From positions 16,184,001 to 16,248,000 of the forward strand of contig NW_024704743.1 in NCBI RefSeq assembly GCF_018977255.1: a DNA stretch of 64,000 nucleotides, in the 5' to 3' direction. The translations under genes were made by a program, and so were the position numbers. Below, piece by piece: positions 1 to 12,750 of the stretch (its first letter is position 1; every line of letters starts with the position of its first letter). The notes below the pieces were generated by a model. It saw only the letters and a list, made by a program, of their open reading frames with translations. It did not search any database and was not told the origin of the DNA. The DNA comes from Callorhinchus milii (taxonomy: Eukaryota).

Positions 1-1104
1 TTTACAGTAGACATAGAATCGGAGAGAGATTCACTGGCACGTGTAATATTTCAGTGAATAGCAACAATAAAATGTATGAACTCGTTTGAAGTAATCACCA
101 ATCGCCTACTGCTCTTGTGATCCTATAGTAATAGGAATCCTTACATTTGATATATCGCCTTATCAGGTCTTCAAGACATCTCAAAGCACTTCACAGAATA
201 GACCGTAATGTAAATTGACTGTATATTTTGTTTGTGGGTGAAACACGACAGCCAATTGTGCACATCAGTGAACCACTAAAAGTCGTGGATTGAATGACCA
301 AGTTCACCACCATCTTCACCACCACCATTAACCATCCTCTATATAAGTGACTTGCTGGTGGTCTGCACTCCTGACTTATTCCACTCCCCAAGAGTGAACA
401 CATCTATATCAGCATCAATTTGTGGGATGGCTGGGTCTGTTCCAATAACATTGCAGTTGATATCGCTGTTGCTCATACAACGCAAGCCATGCACGAAGGT
501 GACTTATGACTACAATAGTATATAATTATACACACACTAAATTCTGCTCTGCATTACAGACTAGTGAACCAGAAATGAATTGCCAAAGTCTCTTGCGGTC
601 TTTGTGGGCCATTTCTACCAGTGTGTTGAAAGCATCAAACAGCTCAGTCAGTTTAGAGAAAAATAGAGACAGCCAGGAATTCACGTATAATGACTGAACT
701 CCTCTATTTTCACGTCAGAGCACCCAGGCACACTCAAGCACCTGCTTACTTCTAAAAAAAAATCATATTAACACAGGAGAGCTTGCCACTCTCGGGAAAG
801 GAATGAAGTAATGAAGAACAGATTTCACTTTACAGACAGCGCACAAAGTCTGCAATATTTTTTGGTCAGCCGGGTGTCTGACGCATGCTGAAACTCATCA
901 CCATACTTCAGTCTCCAAATCAGTCTGAGAGTTCCGTCTATGAATGCTACATATGCGTGGAAATTTCCCAGTGTCTGGAATGGAATGCGCACATTCCTCT
1001 GCTAGGAGGGATATATTCTGTTAATTGCAGAAAGTATTAGGCACAGGTTGGTAGGAATCCCAGAGGGTGCCTTGGGGTACTAATGGAATTTAACCAGTTA
1101 AATA

Positions 1105-1449
1105 CTCATAATAATAATAATAATTCATGTATCTGATATAGCATTTTATCACGTCACTAAGACATTTCAAAGCACTTCACAGAATATACCGTGAAGTGAA
1201 TTGACTGCATATTTCGTGGGTGAAACATGGCAGCCAATTGTGCACAGCAGCGTTCCACAAACAGTCATGCACTGAGTGTTCTATTTATTTTGAAGAGATT
1301 ATTACCACCAGAAAGCAATCCGCCAATCGACTAACAACCGAGTTCCTGGTTGGTAAACAGGTGTGTAGAATAAGGAAACTAAGGCAATCGAACCTGGGTC
1401 CTCTCGCTTGTGAGGCGAGTGCTCTAACCGACACGCTACAGAACTCCAT
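1105..1449 (-). mobile_element. Same SINE family, near full length
   Basis: Reverse complement of the 3564-3939 consensus. Confidence 0.85.
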
Positions 1450-3563
1450 TCATAGTCTGAGGTTTGTAGATATCATCTGGGCTGGTAGTACTGCAATACA
1501 TTGGGCGGTACTGCAGAGCCAGGCCCATGGATGGGATGCGGATATTCCAGAATCAGGCCGTCTGAGAAATTGCCATGTCGGAAGTCAAATCATCTCTTAC
1601 TTTCAAACATACCAAGGTAGAAGGGCAAATGGGCGATTAGGCTATGAAGGGCAATTTTCAGACCAGTTACCAGGAAGTATTACTTTACACAAAGGGCAGT
1701 TAACGACTGGAACTGTTTACCAGGAAGGGTTGTTGAGGCCAGGGCACAGGATTCATTTAAGATTACCGGCTGACCNAAAAATATTGCAGACTTTGTGCGC
1801 TGTCTGTAAAGTGAAATCTGTTCTTCATTACTTCATTCCTTTCCCGAGAGTGGCAAGCTCTCCTGTGTTAATATGATTTTTTTTTAGAAGTAAGCAGGTG
1901 CTTGAGTGTGCCTGGGTGCTCTGACGTGAAAATAGAGGAGTTCAGTCATTATACGTGAATTCTTGGGGAGAGCGCGGAGAAGTGGGATTGATTTGGATAG
2001 CTCTTTTCAAAGAGCCAGCACAAACACGATGGGCCAAATGACCTCCTTCTGTGCTGTATAATTTTATGATTCTATGAGAATGCTTGATGCTGTGATGGAA
2101 AGATGGTAGTGTGGGTATTCTAGAAGGATGAAATTAAATAAAGAAACTAAGGTACAACGGGGCAAGAAGAAAAGGTGGAAACAATCTGAGATAATCTAAT
2201 AAACTGGCAGAACAGGCAAAATGGGCTCCTCCTGCAACTATTTCCTGAATCGGCCAAAAGGCGTCCTTCATTTGAACACCTCTCATGATCTTTCTATCCT
2301 GTGACTCACTGATTGGGAATGTGACAGAGTGGAAAGAGCTATGGAGCATCCGTGGAAAAACAGTAGCATTTAAATAGGAAAACAAAGGCAATACTGTCGC
2401 TGTAGCAAGGTAATGAGCCACGCTGCTCAGCAAGACGTATCAGCTGCCACTGGTAGCATCTGCACTGCCCAGTTCACGGGTAACATCTCTGCATATTATT
2501 CCGTTGATGCAGCAAACACACCAACTTCAGTGCTTGAGTTAGAGCCAAGTATCACAGGGCACTGGCATTGCTTATGGGATCCGTGGGTGAAAACATTATT
2601 GGGTTCAATATTCCACACAGTTTACAAAGCCTGAATAGTAAAGTGCTCCTAAAGTGAATGATTGTCCCAATTCATTCTTGGTTCGTTTCCCTTCAAACTC
2701 AACTATTTCATGTGAGCTGAAATAAATGCATTCCCTCTCTGGCATTTATTAACCTACATTAAAATGTCCAAATAAGTGCAGTTTGTTGGACTGTGTTTAA
2801 TATAGGTTGGCACTGGTGGTTAATTTCTGCTCCAGCTCTCAGCATAAATGAGCAATTGCACTTATAACACAACATTCGAGTGCAGTCTTTGGGTCTAATG
2901 CTGACACTCTGAGTTTCTTCGACACATTTATTTTATAGGAGAGCTCTTTGGCATTCTTGCACCGTTTTATTAGTGCAGTTGATAATAATCCTTGGATTTG
3001 ATATAGTGCCTTATCAGGTCTTCGAGACATCTCAAAAGCGCTTCACAGAATATATTGTAAAGCAAATTACTGTATCGTTTGTGGGCAAAATTGTGCACAG
3101 CATTATCTCACAAACAATCGTGGATTGAGTGTCCAAATTCTTCTTATTATTTTTACTCCATTTTTATCAGAGTGTTGGAGGGATGAGCAATGCGGAATGA
3201 CTAAACAAATTAGGACTACGCAACAACAACAACTTGCACTTATATAGCACCCTCCACGCAGGATAGAGTCTCATAGCACTTAACAGTGCCTGATTTGCAG
3301 CCTTGCAAAGACACAACTCGGCAAGGTCTTATAAAGATAAATAAACTTCTGATAACTCGGTCGCTTCAAGGGAAAAGGGCGATTTATTCAGAGTGGCGAG
3401 TTAGTCATATATAAGTATAAGAAAACATCTAAGGGAAAGGTAAAAGTATAGCAAGTACTATAGAAAGAGAAGGGAAAAGAGGAGTAGGGGGAAAACCAGT
3501 GGAGGATCATGTGGAACATAAACAATGGCACTGGCTGTAGATTTTATATAATCTATTATATAT

Positions 3564-3939
3564 ATGGAGTCCTGTAGCTCAGGGGTTAGAGCACTCGCCT
3601 CGCAAGTGAGAGACCTGGGTTTGATTCCCGGCAGGGAAAAATGTTGGGCAAGTTTCCTTACTCCACACGCCTCTGTTTACCTAGCAGTAAGTATGAAGTC
3701 GGTCAATTGTTAGTCAATTGGCGGATCGCTTTTCCGGGGATAATAATCCTTTAAAAAAAAAAAAATTAGTCATTCAATCCATGGCTGTTTGTGGGACGCT
3801 GCTGTGCCCAATTGGCTACCGCGTTTCGCCCACAAAATATACAGTCAATTCACTTTACAGTATATTCTGTGAAGCGCTTTGAGACGTCTTGAAGACTTGA
3901 TAAGACGCTATATCAAATGCAAGGATTATTATTATTATG
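3564..3939 (+). mobile_element. tRNA-derived Deu-type SINE, long subfamily, full length
   Basis: A-box TAGCTCAGGGG, B-box GGTTTGATTCC, core tgtttgtgggacgctgctgtg..aattggct, L2-like tail and (TTA)n. Confidence 0.9.
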
Positions 3940-3983
3940 TAGAAATACATAAATATATGCGGCCAGGATATAACAGCATGATA

Positions 3984-4370
3984 CAACAACAACAAAATTA
4001 CATTTATAGAGCGCCTTTCACGTCAGGAAGAAATCCCAAAGCGCTGAACAGTCAGGTGTCGGGGCCCGAGCATGGGGGACGAGTGGTGTGGGGGTGAGAG
4101 AAGGCAGAGAGGTGGGAGGGAGACCAAAGGCACGATCGAAGAGAAGGGTCTTGAGACCAGCCTTGAAGGAGGTAAGGGAGGAAGCGAGGCAAAGGGACCG
4201 TGGGATGGAGTTCCAGAGTGTGGGGGGCAGAGAGGCTGAAAGCCCGATCCACTGATGGTAGGGATGAGGCGGGCATGAAACATGGAGCAGGCGGAGCCTG
4301 ATGAACGGAGGGAGCGGGCAGGTTGGTAGGGAAGTGTCACATTAAGCCAGGGTGATGGTAGTGTCAAATT
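3984..4370 (-). mobile_element. L2 3' fragment
   Basis: Reverse complement matches 27690-28050 (PARSLRSSGS, LWNS, stem-loop, (TTG)n tail). Confidence 0.85.
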
Positions 4371-6521
4371 AAGTCAGGGTCCTGATTGTGCTTAGGGTCA
4401 CCTCCCCACTCCCTCTCCCCCTGGTTCGTGCTCAGACTCCACCACTGTCAAGTGCTCCGGGATGTTATCCGGCGTGAAGGACGCTATGTAAATGTAAAAG
4501 TTGTTGTTGTTGTTGATTACAGTATATAAGATGCTAAATGGTTTGAGTAAATCCAGAATCCAGTTCAGATATTCTCGGGCAAAAGGCCAAGATGACAGGT
4601 TCAGGGTTGTAAAGAATAATCACTTATCAGTCAATAGGAAGTATTTTTTACGTAGAATGTATTATAATTCAAACTGGAACAGGTTATGATACACAGAACA
4701 GGACATTCAGCCCAATCAGCCTGTGTCAGTGTTTATACTCCGCCCTTCCAAAATCCCTCTTATTCCCTTCTCCCTCATGAATGCATCAAGTTTCATCTTA
4801 AATACCAGGAAGTTCATAGAGGCCAGAACGTGTACCTATTTAAGAAACAGCTTGATGCCTTAATGGGAGGATGGTGGTGTGGGTATTCTGGAAAGAAGAG
4901 GTCAGATAAGCAATGGGTCTTCTTCATCTGAACCTCTCTTGTGAAGCTGTATGTTGGAAGAAGGTTACTGCAGACAGAAGGTAAATTCTGTGGTTAGCAG
5001 AATACCATTAGCCATCCTTCTTTGTCCACCATGTTCCTATACACAGAAAATACTGCAACAAATCTCTCTGTGATCTTTTAAGTTCAGAAATGATCAGATT
5101 CCCCGAACCATGGAATTTTTCCCAAATGACTTCCACACAGACACTGACGTCCCAGTAATAAAAAGCTGCTTGTCAGAATATGGCTTTAGAGCTCGCACTC
5201 ATTGTTGGTTCCTGTATTTTACAACATGATTCAATTATGTAATACCCTCGTTACAGCTTTTCCATTTAATAAATGCAGAAGGACTTACATACATTCAGAG
5301 GAATCTGTTATTTCACTTATTCAAATGGTATCTACATTGACACCATAATTGTTAGACTTCATGTTTAGTTAGAGCTCCATCAATACTTCATGGGACTATT
5401 AGAGACATTCAGAAATTGCATGCTGTATTGAATTTTTTACACTGCTACGACTAGCATGAATTATTTCCCTAGTCAGACAGCACTCCTCCTTTAACTGCAG
5501 TGCATTAGCAATACCCAGTATAAGAGGTGGATAATGCAAGACTTTTATGTAAAAGCTGCTATATAAATGTAAATTTATGTTGTATTGTACCATGGTATTA
5601 CCCTCCATAGTAGACTAGTAACATAAAACAATAAACCTTCTCTAGACAAACACCTGGGAACTTAAAAGTAACAATTGGATTGTAAATGCAGAGTTAAGTT
5701 GCCCGTGGATGTGCATAACACAACTGATGTGGGGATATTCCATTGCCCTGACCACTGAATGGATTGTACTCCTCTCTAGCTGGCGTATGTGCATTGTGGG
5801 AATAGCTTCTTTATAACTAAACACTTAAAAATCTTTAAATATTCATTACATTTTAATTATCTCTTCAATCTCCTGCGGTCCTATTTTCCCACCCACACCC
5901 TCATCTCAACAACAACAAATTACATTTGTATAGCGCGGTTCACGTTGGGAGGACATCCAAGGCGATTAATTCAGGCCAGCTTTGTGTTGCTTCGCTCCTC
6001 CATTCCAATACAACCTCACGCCACCTGGTCTGTAAGTCCCACTCTAACCCCCATATAGCTACCAACTGAACCAGGCTGACACACATATATCAAGTGCAAT
6101 AAAGATTATTATTATTATTATTTTGGTATGTAGGGGTAGGGAAAGGAGTTCTTGTGGTTATGTGTTGATTTTCTCATTTGCCGGTGGAGGAGTTGGGGCA
6201 CAAGGGTTTAGTTGCTCTCTATCCATGGTATCTGATATCCAGCAAGTCTCTAGTGTGATCACACACAAGCACTCTAATGAACTATGCATTGATCTGAATT
6301 TGTGAGGGTGACTCCAGACTGGGACAAACACAGTGATGTGTGCTGAAATGCCTGCAGGCTGGACTGTCTCTTCACCTCTGACAGACAGGTTAGATGCAGG
6401 AAACTGTCAGCGTAAAGAAGATACAACATTAAAAATAAAACTATCACTGTAAACTGTGGTGTGACAGAGCAGCAGATGAACTCCAGAATTGGCAGAGGCA
6501 GCCTTCAACATATTACAATAG

Positions 6522-6942
6522 GTGTTAGCCTGGCTCAGTTGGAAACATTTGGCTCTGAGTCAGAGGGTTTGGGGACAAGCCCATGTCAAAGATTTTGAAC
6601 TCATCGTCTAAGATGACTCGATTCTGTGGGAGTGCTGCCTGGTCAGAGGTGTCATGCTTTGAATGAGACGTTAAACCAAGATCCCCCCCTGCCTCTTCTG
6701 GTGGATGTTAAAGATCCCGTGGCATTACTTGTAAAGAGAAGGGAATTTCTCCCAGTGCCGTAGCCACTGAACCCCCAAGTTAAATAAAATTGTCATTGAT
6801 TTTACAGCTGTTTGTGGGACATTGTTGTCCTGTTAATGGGGATTGACTGCCATGCTCTCCTTCACAGTGATTTTACCTAACAGTAATTATAGTGAAACCC
6901 TTTGAGACATTATGATGTGAAAACGTGCTTTTAAAAATGCAA
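6522..6942 (+). mobile_element. Older Deu-domain SINE (SacSINE1-like) with tRNA head
   Basis: Head gcctggctcagttgg; gagacgttaaacc...gtggatgttaaagatcccgtggca...gctgtttgtgggacattg is the Deu-type core as I recall it. Related pieces lie near 28054-28250, 29440-29620, 45030-45360, 48740-48910 and 49290-49470. Confidence 0.75.
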
Positions 6943-7060
6943 TCGTAACTGATGTGAGCCAAATTTTCTGCAATTCTTAAATTCTGTGAAAAACTGATTT
7001 TAAGATGAATAATGAATTTCAGAATGTTCAACAATTCTGCTCAATTTTAAAATGTTAAGA

Positions 7061-7153
7061 CAAAATGGTCTTAAGGTTAAGACTAGGAGATCAAAATGGT
7101 CTTAAGGTTAAGACCAGGAGATCAAAATGGTCTTAAGGTTAAGACCAGGAGAT
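7061..7153. repeat. 31-bp tandem repeat x3, each unit containing a 9-bp inverted repeat
   Basis: caaaatggtcttaaggttaagac(c/t)aggagat starts at 7061, 7092 and 7123; TGGTCTTAA-gg-TTAAGACCA. Confidence 0.95.
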
Positions 7154-8065
7154 ATTTCAGGAATTGGGAGAGCAGTCACAGTCCATTGTGGTTTAACACT
7201 TGTCTTCCTTCTCTCCTGGATGAGAGGAGTGCAACCTCTCTGCCGGCAAACCTCAGTTTGTGAACTTGCCATTGGCAAATTGTAGCCACAATTGCACCTG
7301 GCATGCCACAAATCCCATCTTAATCTTGATTTCTGCACTCTCCTCAAACTACTATTAAAATCGTATCTTAGTTACACAGCATAGCTGGTTGGAGTAAGGT
7401 TTGTATGGAGAGAGGAGTTTATTATCATCTACAAATGCGCAAACAGGTGCATTTCAAAACTGTGATCTCCTCGACAGGATTGAATAAGTGGAGCAATTTT
7501 CTGCAGGGAAGTATCCTATAAGACAAAACAGCAGGTAAGTCAAGGGATCCTGCAGAGCACAAGCCAGAGCTATGTAAGGAGCAGTAATCAATGCAATATT
7601 CTGGAGAATTATTGAGCAGAACAATTTTGAAGTGCATCTTCAATGCCTCATACTGTGATTCCTCATAACACTGCTCCTAACTGGTAGGGAAAACACTTTC
7701 TTATTCTAAAGGGAAGGCATTGGAAACACAAACAGTCTCAAAGGACAGAGATTGTCTTGGTTCACAAATAGCAGAGTATATTTAAGGAGAGTTGTGAGTT
7801 GGTGTGCTGCCTTTCTGTTAGTTATTGGAAAGACTGGAAAGCTTTCATCCCAAATAATGGATAAATCATTGGCTTTCTCTGTTACGTCACTGTAATTCCA
7901 CTAAGATGGACAAAGATGTGAGGTAAACTGTTTGGCAGATTATTACTCTTCATCAAACAACTAATGGTGAACAAAGTCTAATGAAAAGAGATTTTTTTTT
8001 TGGTCAAGCGGGTGTCTAACACATGTGGAAATCCATTACCATGGTTAAGATAAAATTTCTCAAAG

Positions 8066-10338
8066 AACAGTGGGTGTAGTTTATGGACCCCTAAACAGCA
8101 GTTACAGTATTGGGCAGAGTATTAACCAGGAAATTAGAGGAGCATGTAGCAAGGGTAATACACTAATAGTGGATGATTTCAATCTTCATATAGACTGGGA
8201 AAACCAAATTGGCAAAAGTAAATTAGAGGATGAGTTTATAGAACGCAATAGAGATAGTTTTCTAGAACAATATGCTGAGGAACCAACCAGGAAACAGGCT
8301 ATCCTAGATCTAGTTTTGTGTAATGAAATAGGACTAATCAGCAATCTGGAAATTAGGCTCCTCTAGGGCAGAATGACCCTAACATGATGGAATTTAACAT
8401 CAAGTTAGAGAGTCATATAGTTGAATCCGAAGCAAGGGTCTTAAATTTAAATAAAGTCAACTTTGCAGGTACGAGAGAAGATTTGGCTAAAATAGACTGG
8501 GAAATTAGATTGAAAAATATGACGGTAGACCAGCAATGGTAAACATTTCAAGATATAATACATATTTCCCAGCAATTACATATTCTCATGAAAGATAAAA
8601 ATACCACGGGAAAAGTGGTTCAACCTTGGCTAACTAGAGAAGATAGGGAAAGTATAAAATTAAAAGAAGAGGCATATAATACTGCCAAAAAGAGCAGTAA
8701 ACCTGAGGATTGGGAGGGCTTTAGAGAATAGCAAAGGAAAACCAAGAAACTGATTAAGAGGGAGAAAATGGAATATGAGGATAAACTAGCTAGGAACATA
8801 AAGACAGATTGTAAGAGTTTTTACAAGTACATAAAGAGGAAGAAACTATCAAAAGTGAATGTGGGTCCATTGCAGGCAGAGACAGGAAAAATCATAATGG
8901 GGAATAAAGAAATGCCAGAGTCATTAAACAAATATTTTGCTTCTGTCTTCCCGTTAGAGGACATTGAAAACTCACTGAAAATAGAGGGGAACCTGGAGGC
9001 TAATGTTAGTGAGGAACTTAAAGAAAGGAACATCAGTAAAGAAATAGTACTAGAGAAATTGATAGGATTAAAAACTGATAAATCCCCTGGACCTGATGGC
9101 CTGCATCCTAGGGTTTTAAAAGAGGTGGATGCAGAGATAGTGGATACTTTGTTTTTGATCTTCTAAAATTCTCAGAATTCTGGAACGGTTCCCATTGATT
9201 GGAAGGTCGCAAACGTAACACTGCTATTTAAGAAGGATGGGAGACAAAAAAATGGGGAACTATAGACCAGTTAGTCTGACATCTGTGGTAGGGAAAATTC
9301 TAAAGTCCCTAATTAAAGACGTCGTCATGGGGTACTTAGAAAATCATAACATGATTAGGCAGAGTCAACATGGCTTAACAGAACGGAAATCATGTTTAAC
9401 AAATTTTTTAGAGTTTTTTGCGGATGTAATTAGCAGGTTAGATAGGGGGGAAACCAGTAAATGTGGTGTATTTGAATTTCCAGAAGGCATTCAACAAGGT
9501 GCCACTTAAAAGGCTGTTGCATAAGATTAGAGCCCATGGATTAAATGTAATATATTAGCATGGTTTGGAGAGTGGTTAACAGGAAGAAAACAGAGAGTAG
9601 GGATAAATGGTACCTTCTCAGATTGGCAGGATGTGACAAGTGGAGTACCACAAGGATCAGTGCTTGGGCCTCAATTATTTACAGTCTATATTAATGATTT
9701 AGATGAGGAAGTAGACCTTAACATATCTAAAATCGTGGACGATACGAAGATAGGTGGGAGAGTAAGCTGTGAGGATGACACATGAAGAATGCAAAAGGAA
9801 ATAGACAGGCTAGGGAGTGGGCAAGAAGGTGGCAGATGGAGTATAACGTGGGGAAGTGTGAAGTTATTCACCTAGGTAGTAAAAATAAAAAATTTCTAGA
9901 GGGGGAGAGACTAGGTAGTGTTAGTGTTCAGAGGGATCTGGGTGTCCTTGTACACCAGTCACAAAAAGTTAGTATGCAGCAAGCAACTAGGAAGGCTAAT
10001 GCCATGTTGGCGTTCGTTGTGAAAGGATTAGAATACAAGCGTAGGGAAGTCTTGCTGCAGTTGTATAAGGCCTCGGTGAGACCCCACCTAGAATATGGTG
10101 TACAGTTTTGGTCTCCTTATTTAAGAAAGGACATACTCGCCGAGGGGGTACAGCATAGATTCACTAGGTTGGTTCCTGGGATGAGGGGGTTGACGTACGA
10201 ATAGAGGTTGAGTAAACTAGGCCTATATTCTCTAGAATATATGGAATTAGGTTAGAAGATCAGCCAAGATCTTATTAAATGGCGGGGCAGGCTCGAGAGG
10301 CCGAATGACCTACTTCTGCTCCTATGTCTTATGGTCTT
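8066..10338 (+). mobile_element. CR1-clade LINE, 5'-truncated and decayed (endonuclease C-terminus plus RT)
   Basis: ORF pieces with DFN, EPTRKQAILDLVL, KSPGPDGLHPRVLKE, NYRPVSLTSVVGK, QRDLGV and VRPHLEY.VQFWSP; CR1-type 3' UTR ending ctcctatgtcttatggtctta; several stops and frameshifts. Confidence 0.93.
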
Positions 10339-11586
10339 AATTGGTCATTCACTTCATGGTTATTTGCGGGACATTGCTGTGTGCATATTGGCTGCCATGG
10401 TTGCCTACAAATACACTACACTTCCTAGTCAAATCTTATGAAGTTCTTTGAGACTTCTTGACGATGTAACAAGGCGCTGTATCAAATACAAGGATTATTA
10501 TATTATTATTATTAAGAAGAAGAACCTCCAAGGCAAACCACAATGTGCATAGTTAATATTTGTCGCTACCTGGAGAGGTACACCCTAGTTACCTAATCCC
10601 AGAGAAAGATTAGTCACAAGGGGCAAGAGCTAACGTTTGTGGACCGTGGAATGTGAATTGGGGGTATTGCTGGGCTTTAAACGTTAAAACCTCACAGCTT
10701 TGCATGGCAAACACTGGCAAATGTCCTGTTGCTTGTTCTGCTGGGAGCCATTAGGGCTTTGGCTTTCAGGATAAACAGGAAAAAGTGGGAAGAATCCTGA
10801 TTAACAGTCTGCCCCTCCAAGTCTGGCTAATGAGCCAGGCTGTCTGATCTGTCATCAACACACTCCTGATCTCTATAAGGTGAGGTCTTTGCAAACTCTT
10901 TTTAGCTGAAGTCATTTAGTTCATTTCGCAACTAAATGAACATCCAGATATATTCATTCCCAGGTAGGGACTCATCAGATGAATTCAAATGAATTAATTT
11001 GCATGAATACCAAACAGAGAGGTCTATTATCCTGTTTTGGCTACAATAGGCATGTCATGTTGAAATAACTCACATCAGATATCCTCAGATAATCACAGAA
11101 TCTTATAACTTTTACAGCACAAAAGGATGCTGGAAAACCGACCCTGTCTATGGTTCTTGGTACTCACTGGATCATGGCAGACCTTTCAATCCCATTTTCC
11201 CAACCTTTTCTTTACACACCTTAATATCCTTTCCTTCCCAAGTATTGTATCTATATCTACATCTATCTCCTTCCTAAACATGCCATTCGATTCTGCATCC
11301 ACTCCCTTCTGGGTCAGTGCCTTCGATAATGTTCTAGTAATTGAAAAATGTTGATTGAGCCACCGACATTGGTGCTCGAACCCTAACCCAATTCTGCTCC
11401 TATTCTCTCTTCAAAGATGCTGAGTAGGAGATGCTGGTAAAAGGAAGATCCTGTTTTATACCGGATAGAATGTACCCAATTTCTACCAGAATTCACTGTG
11501 CACAGCGGAAAGTACAGAAGAACGCTTTCTGTCACACTCACCAAAGATTTCAGTTATATTACAGAAGTCATAAGGTCTTTAGATAC

Positions 11587-11755
11587 CTGCAGATGGCAGA
11601 TTGGCTGTATGCTGGCCCCTCTGTGGCACTTAGGGCCTGTCCGACCTGCGTCTGCGTCAGGCCAAGAGACAGGCGGCGGATCTTAAACGCTTTTGCAAAT
11701 TCCCGAATTTCTTCAAGATTTACTCCATCAACCTCACCGGCTGCTGTTTGGGGAT
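11587..11755 (-). CDS. POU6F2: POU6F2 exon encoding the N-terminal part of the POU-specific domain (169 bp, phase 1/2): PQTAAGEVDGVNLEEIREFAKAFKIRRLSLGLTQTQVGQALSATEGPAYSQSAICR
   Basis: Class VI POU-specific domain signature; acceptor CCTTTAG|AT and donor TGCAG|GTATCT. FAKAFK and SATEGPAY, plus the upstream exons, favour POU6F2 over POU6F1 (from memory). Confidence 0.96.
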
Positions 11756-12414
11756 CTAAAGGAAGGAAGTGAAACAAGCAAAGCAGGTGAATTTATAAAG
11801 TAGGAAACAGATAAAGACCAAATGTCATAACACCATCTGGCGAACCCCAGAAATGGAAGCATTTCTGCCTTTTGTCAGATTTACTGCTCTTAGTGTGCAA
11901 TTCACTTTCGCAATGTGTGTCAGTTTAAAATGGGTTATCCAACAATATAAGTACTGACAAGCAGAATGTTGATATTCATTGAGAGATTCCTATCGCAATG
12001 TGCTGTAGCTGCTGCAAACATATCACCTATAACCAAAAATGTCTTTGTATTCTTAGGTTTAAGACTCATGTCTTAAAATTTAAGGTAATAAGATCACAAG
12101 ATTGGATCAGATGAAGAAGGCCCTTTAGCCCATCTAATCTCATTCTTCCAGAATACCCAATTTACTGTCCCCGCATCACAGCATCAAGCTGCTTTTTAAA
12201 TGAGTCCAGTGTCCATACCTCAACCACTCTTCCTGGCAACCTGTTCCAGTCATTAATTATAACAACAACTTGCATTTGTATAGCACCCTTCACATAGGCT
12301 AACCCTTCACTGTCTGGGTAAAGAAATCTTCCTGGTGTCGGTCCTGAAATTGCCTATTGCAACTCCAAACCTACGTCCTCTTGTTCTATTGTCTTAGTAA
12401 ATCCCAAAGTATTA

Positions 12415-12750
12415 TTAATAATAATAATCCTTGCATCTGATATGGCACTGTATCACATAGTCGAGACATCTCAAAGCACTTCACAAAATATACTGTAAAG
12501 TGAATTGACTGCATTTTTTGGGGGCGAAAATGCGATAGCCAATTATGCACAGCATTGTCCCACAAACAGTCATGGATTAAGTGACCACATTTTTTTAAAG
12601 GGATTATTACCTCTGGAAAGCGATCCGCCAATTGACTAATAACCGAATTCTTACTTACTGCCAGGTAAACAGAGGCGTTTGGAGTAAGAAAATGTGCCCA
12701 AGGTTTCACCCGGTCTGGGAATCAAACCCAGGTCATCTCACTTGCGAGAT
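12415..12750 (-). mobile_element. Same SINE family, long subfamily, A-box missing
   Basis: Reverse complement of the consensus; lies inside a CR1 3' remnant. Confidence 0.85.

Noticed and set aside
1220..1876. 218-aa plus-strand ORF
   Set aside because: It runs across an antisense SINE and a CR1 3' remnant, contains an N at 1776 and has no recognisable domain.
10990..11010. POU autoregulatory sites (octamer here and at 16869, 19175 and 32603; GCTCATTA near 2412, 10829, 13308 and 21359)
   Set aside because: A few 8-mers are expected by chance in 64 kb of AT-rich DNA; there is no support without conservation data.
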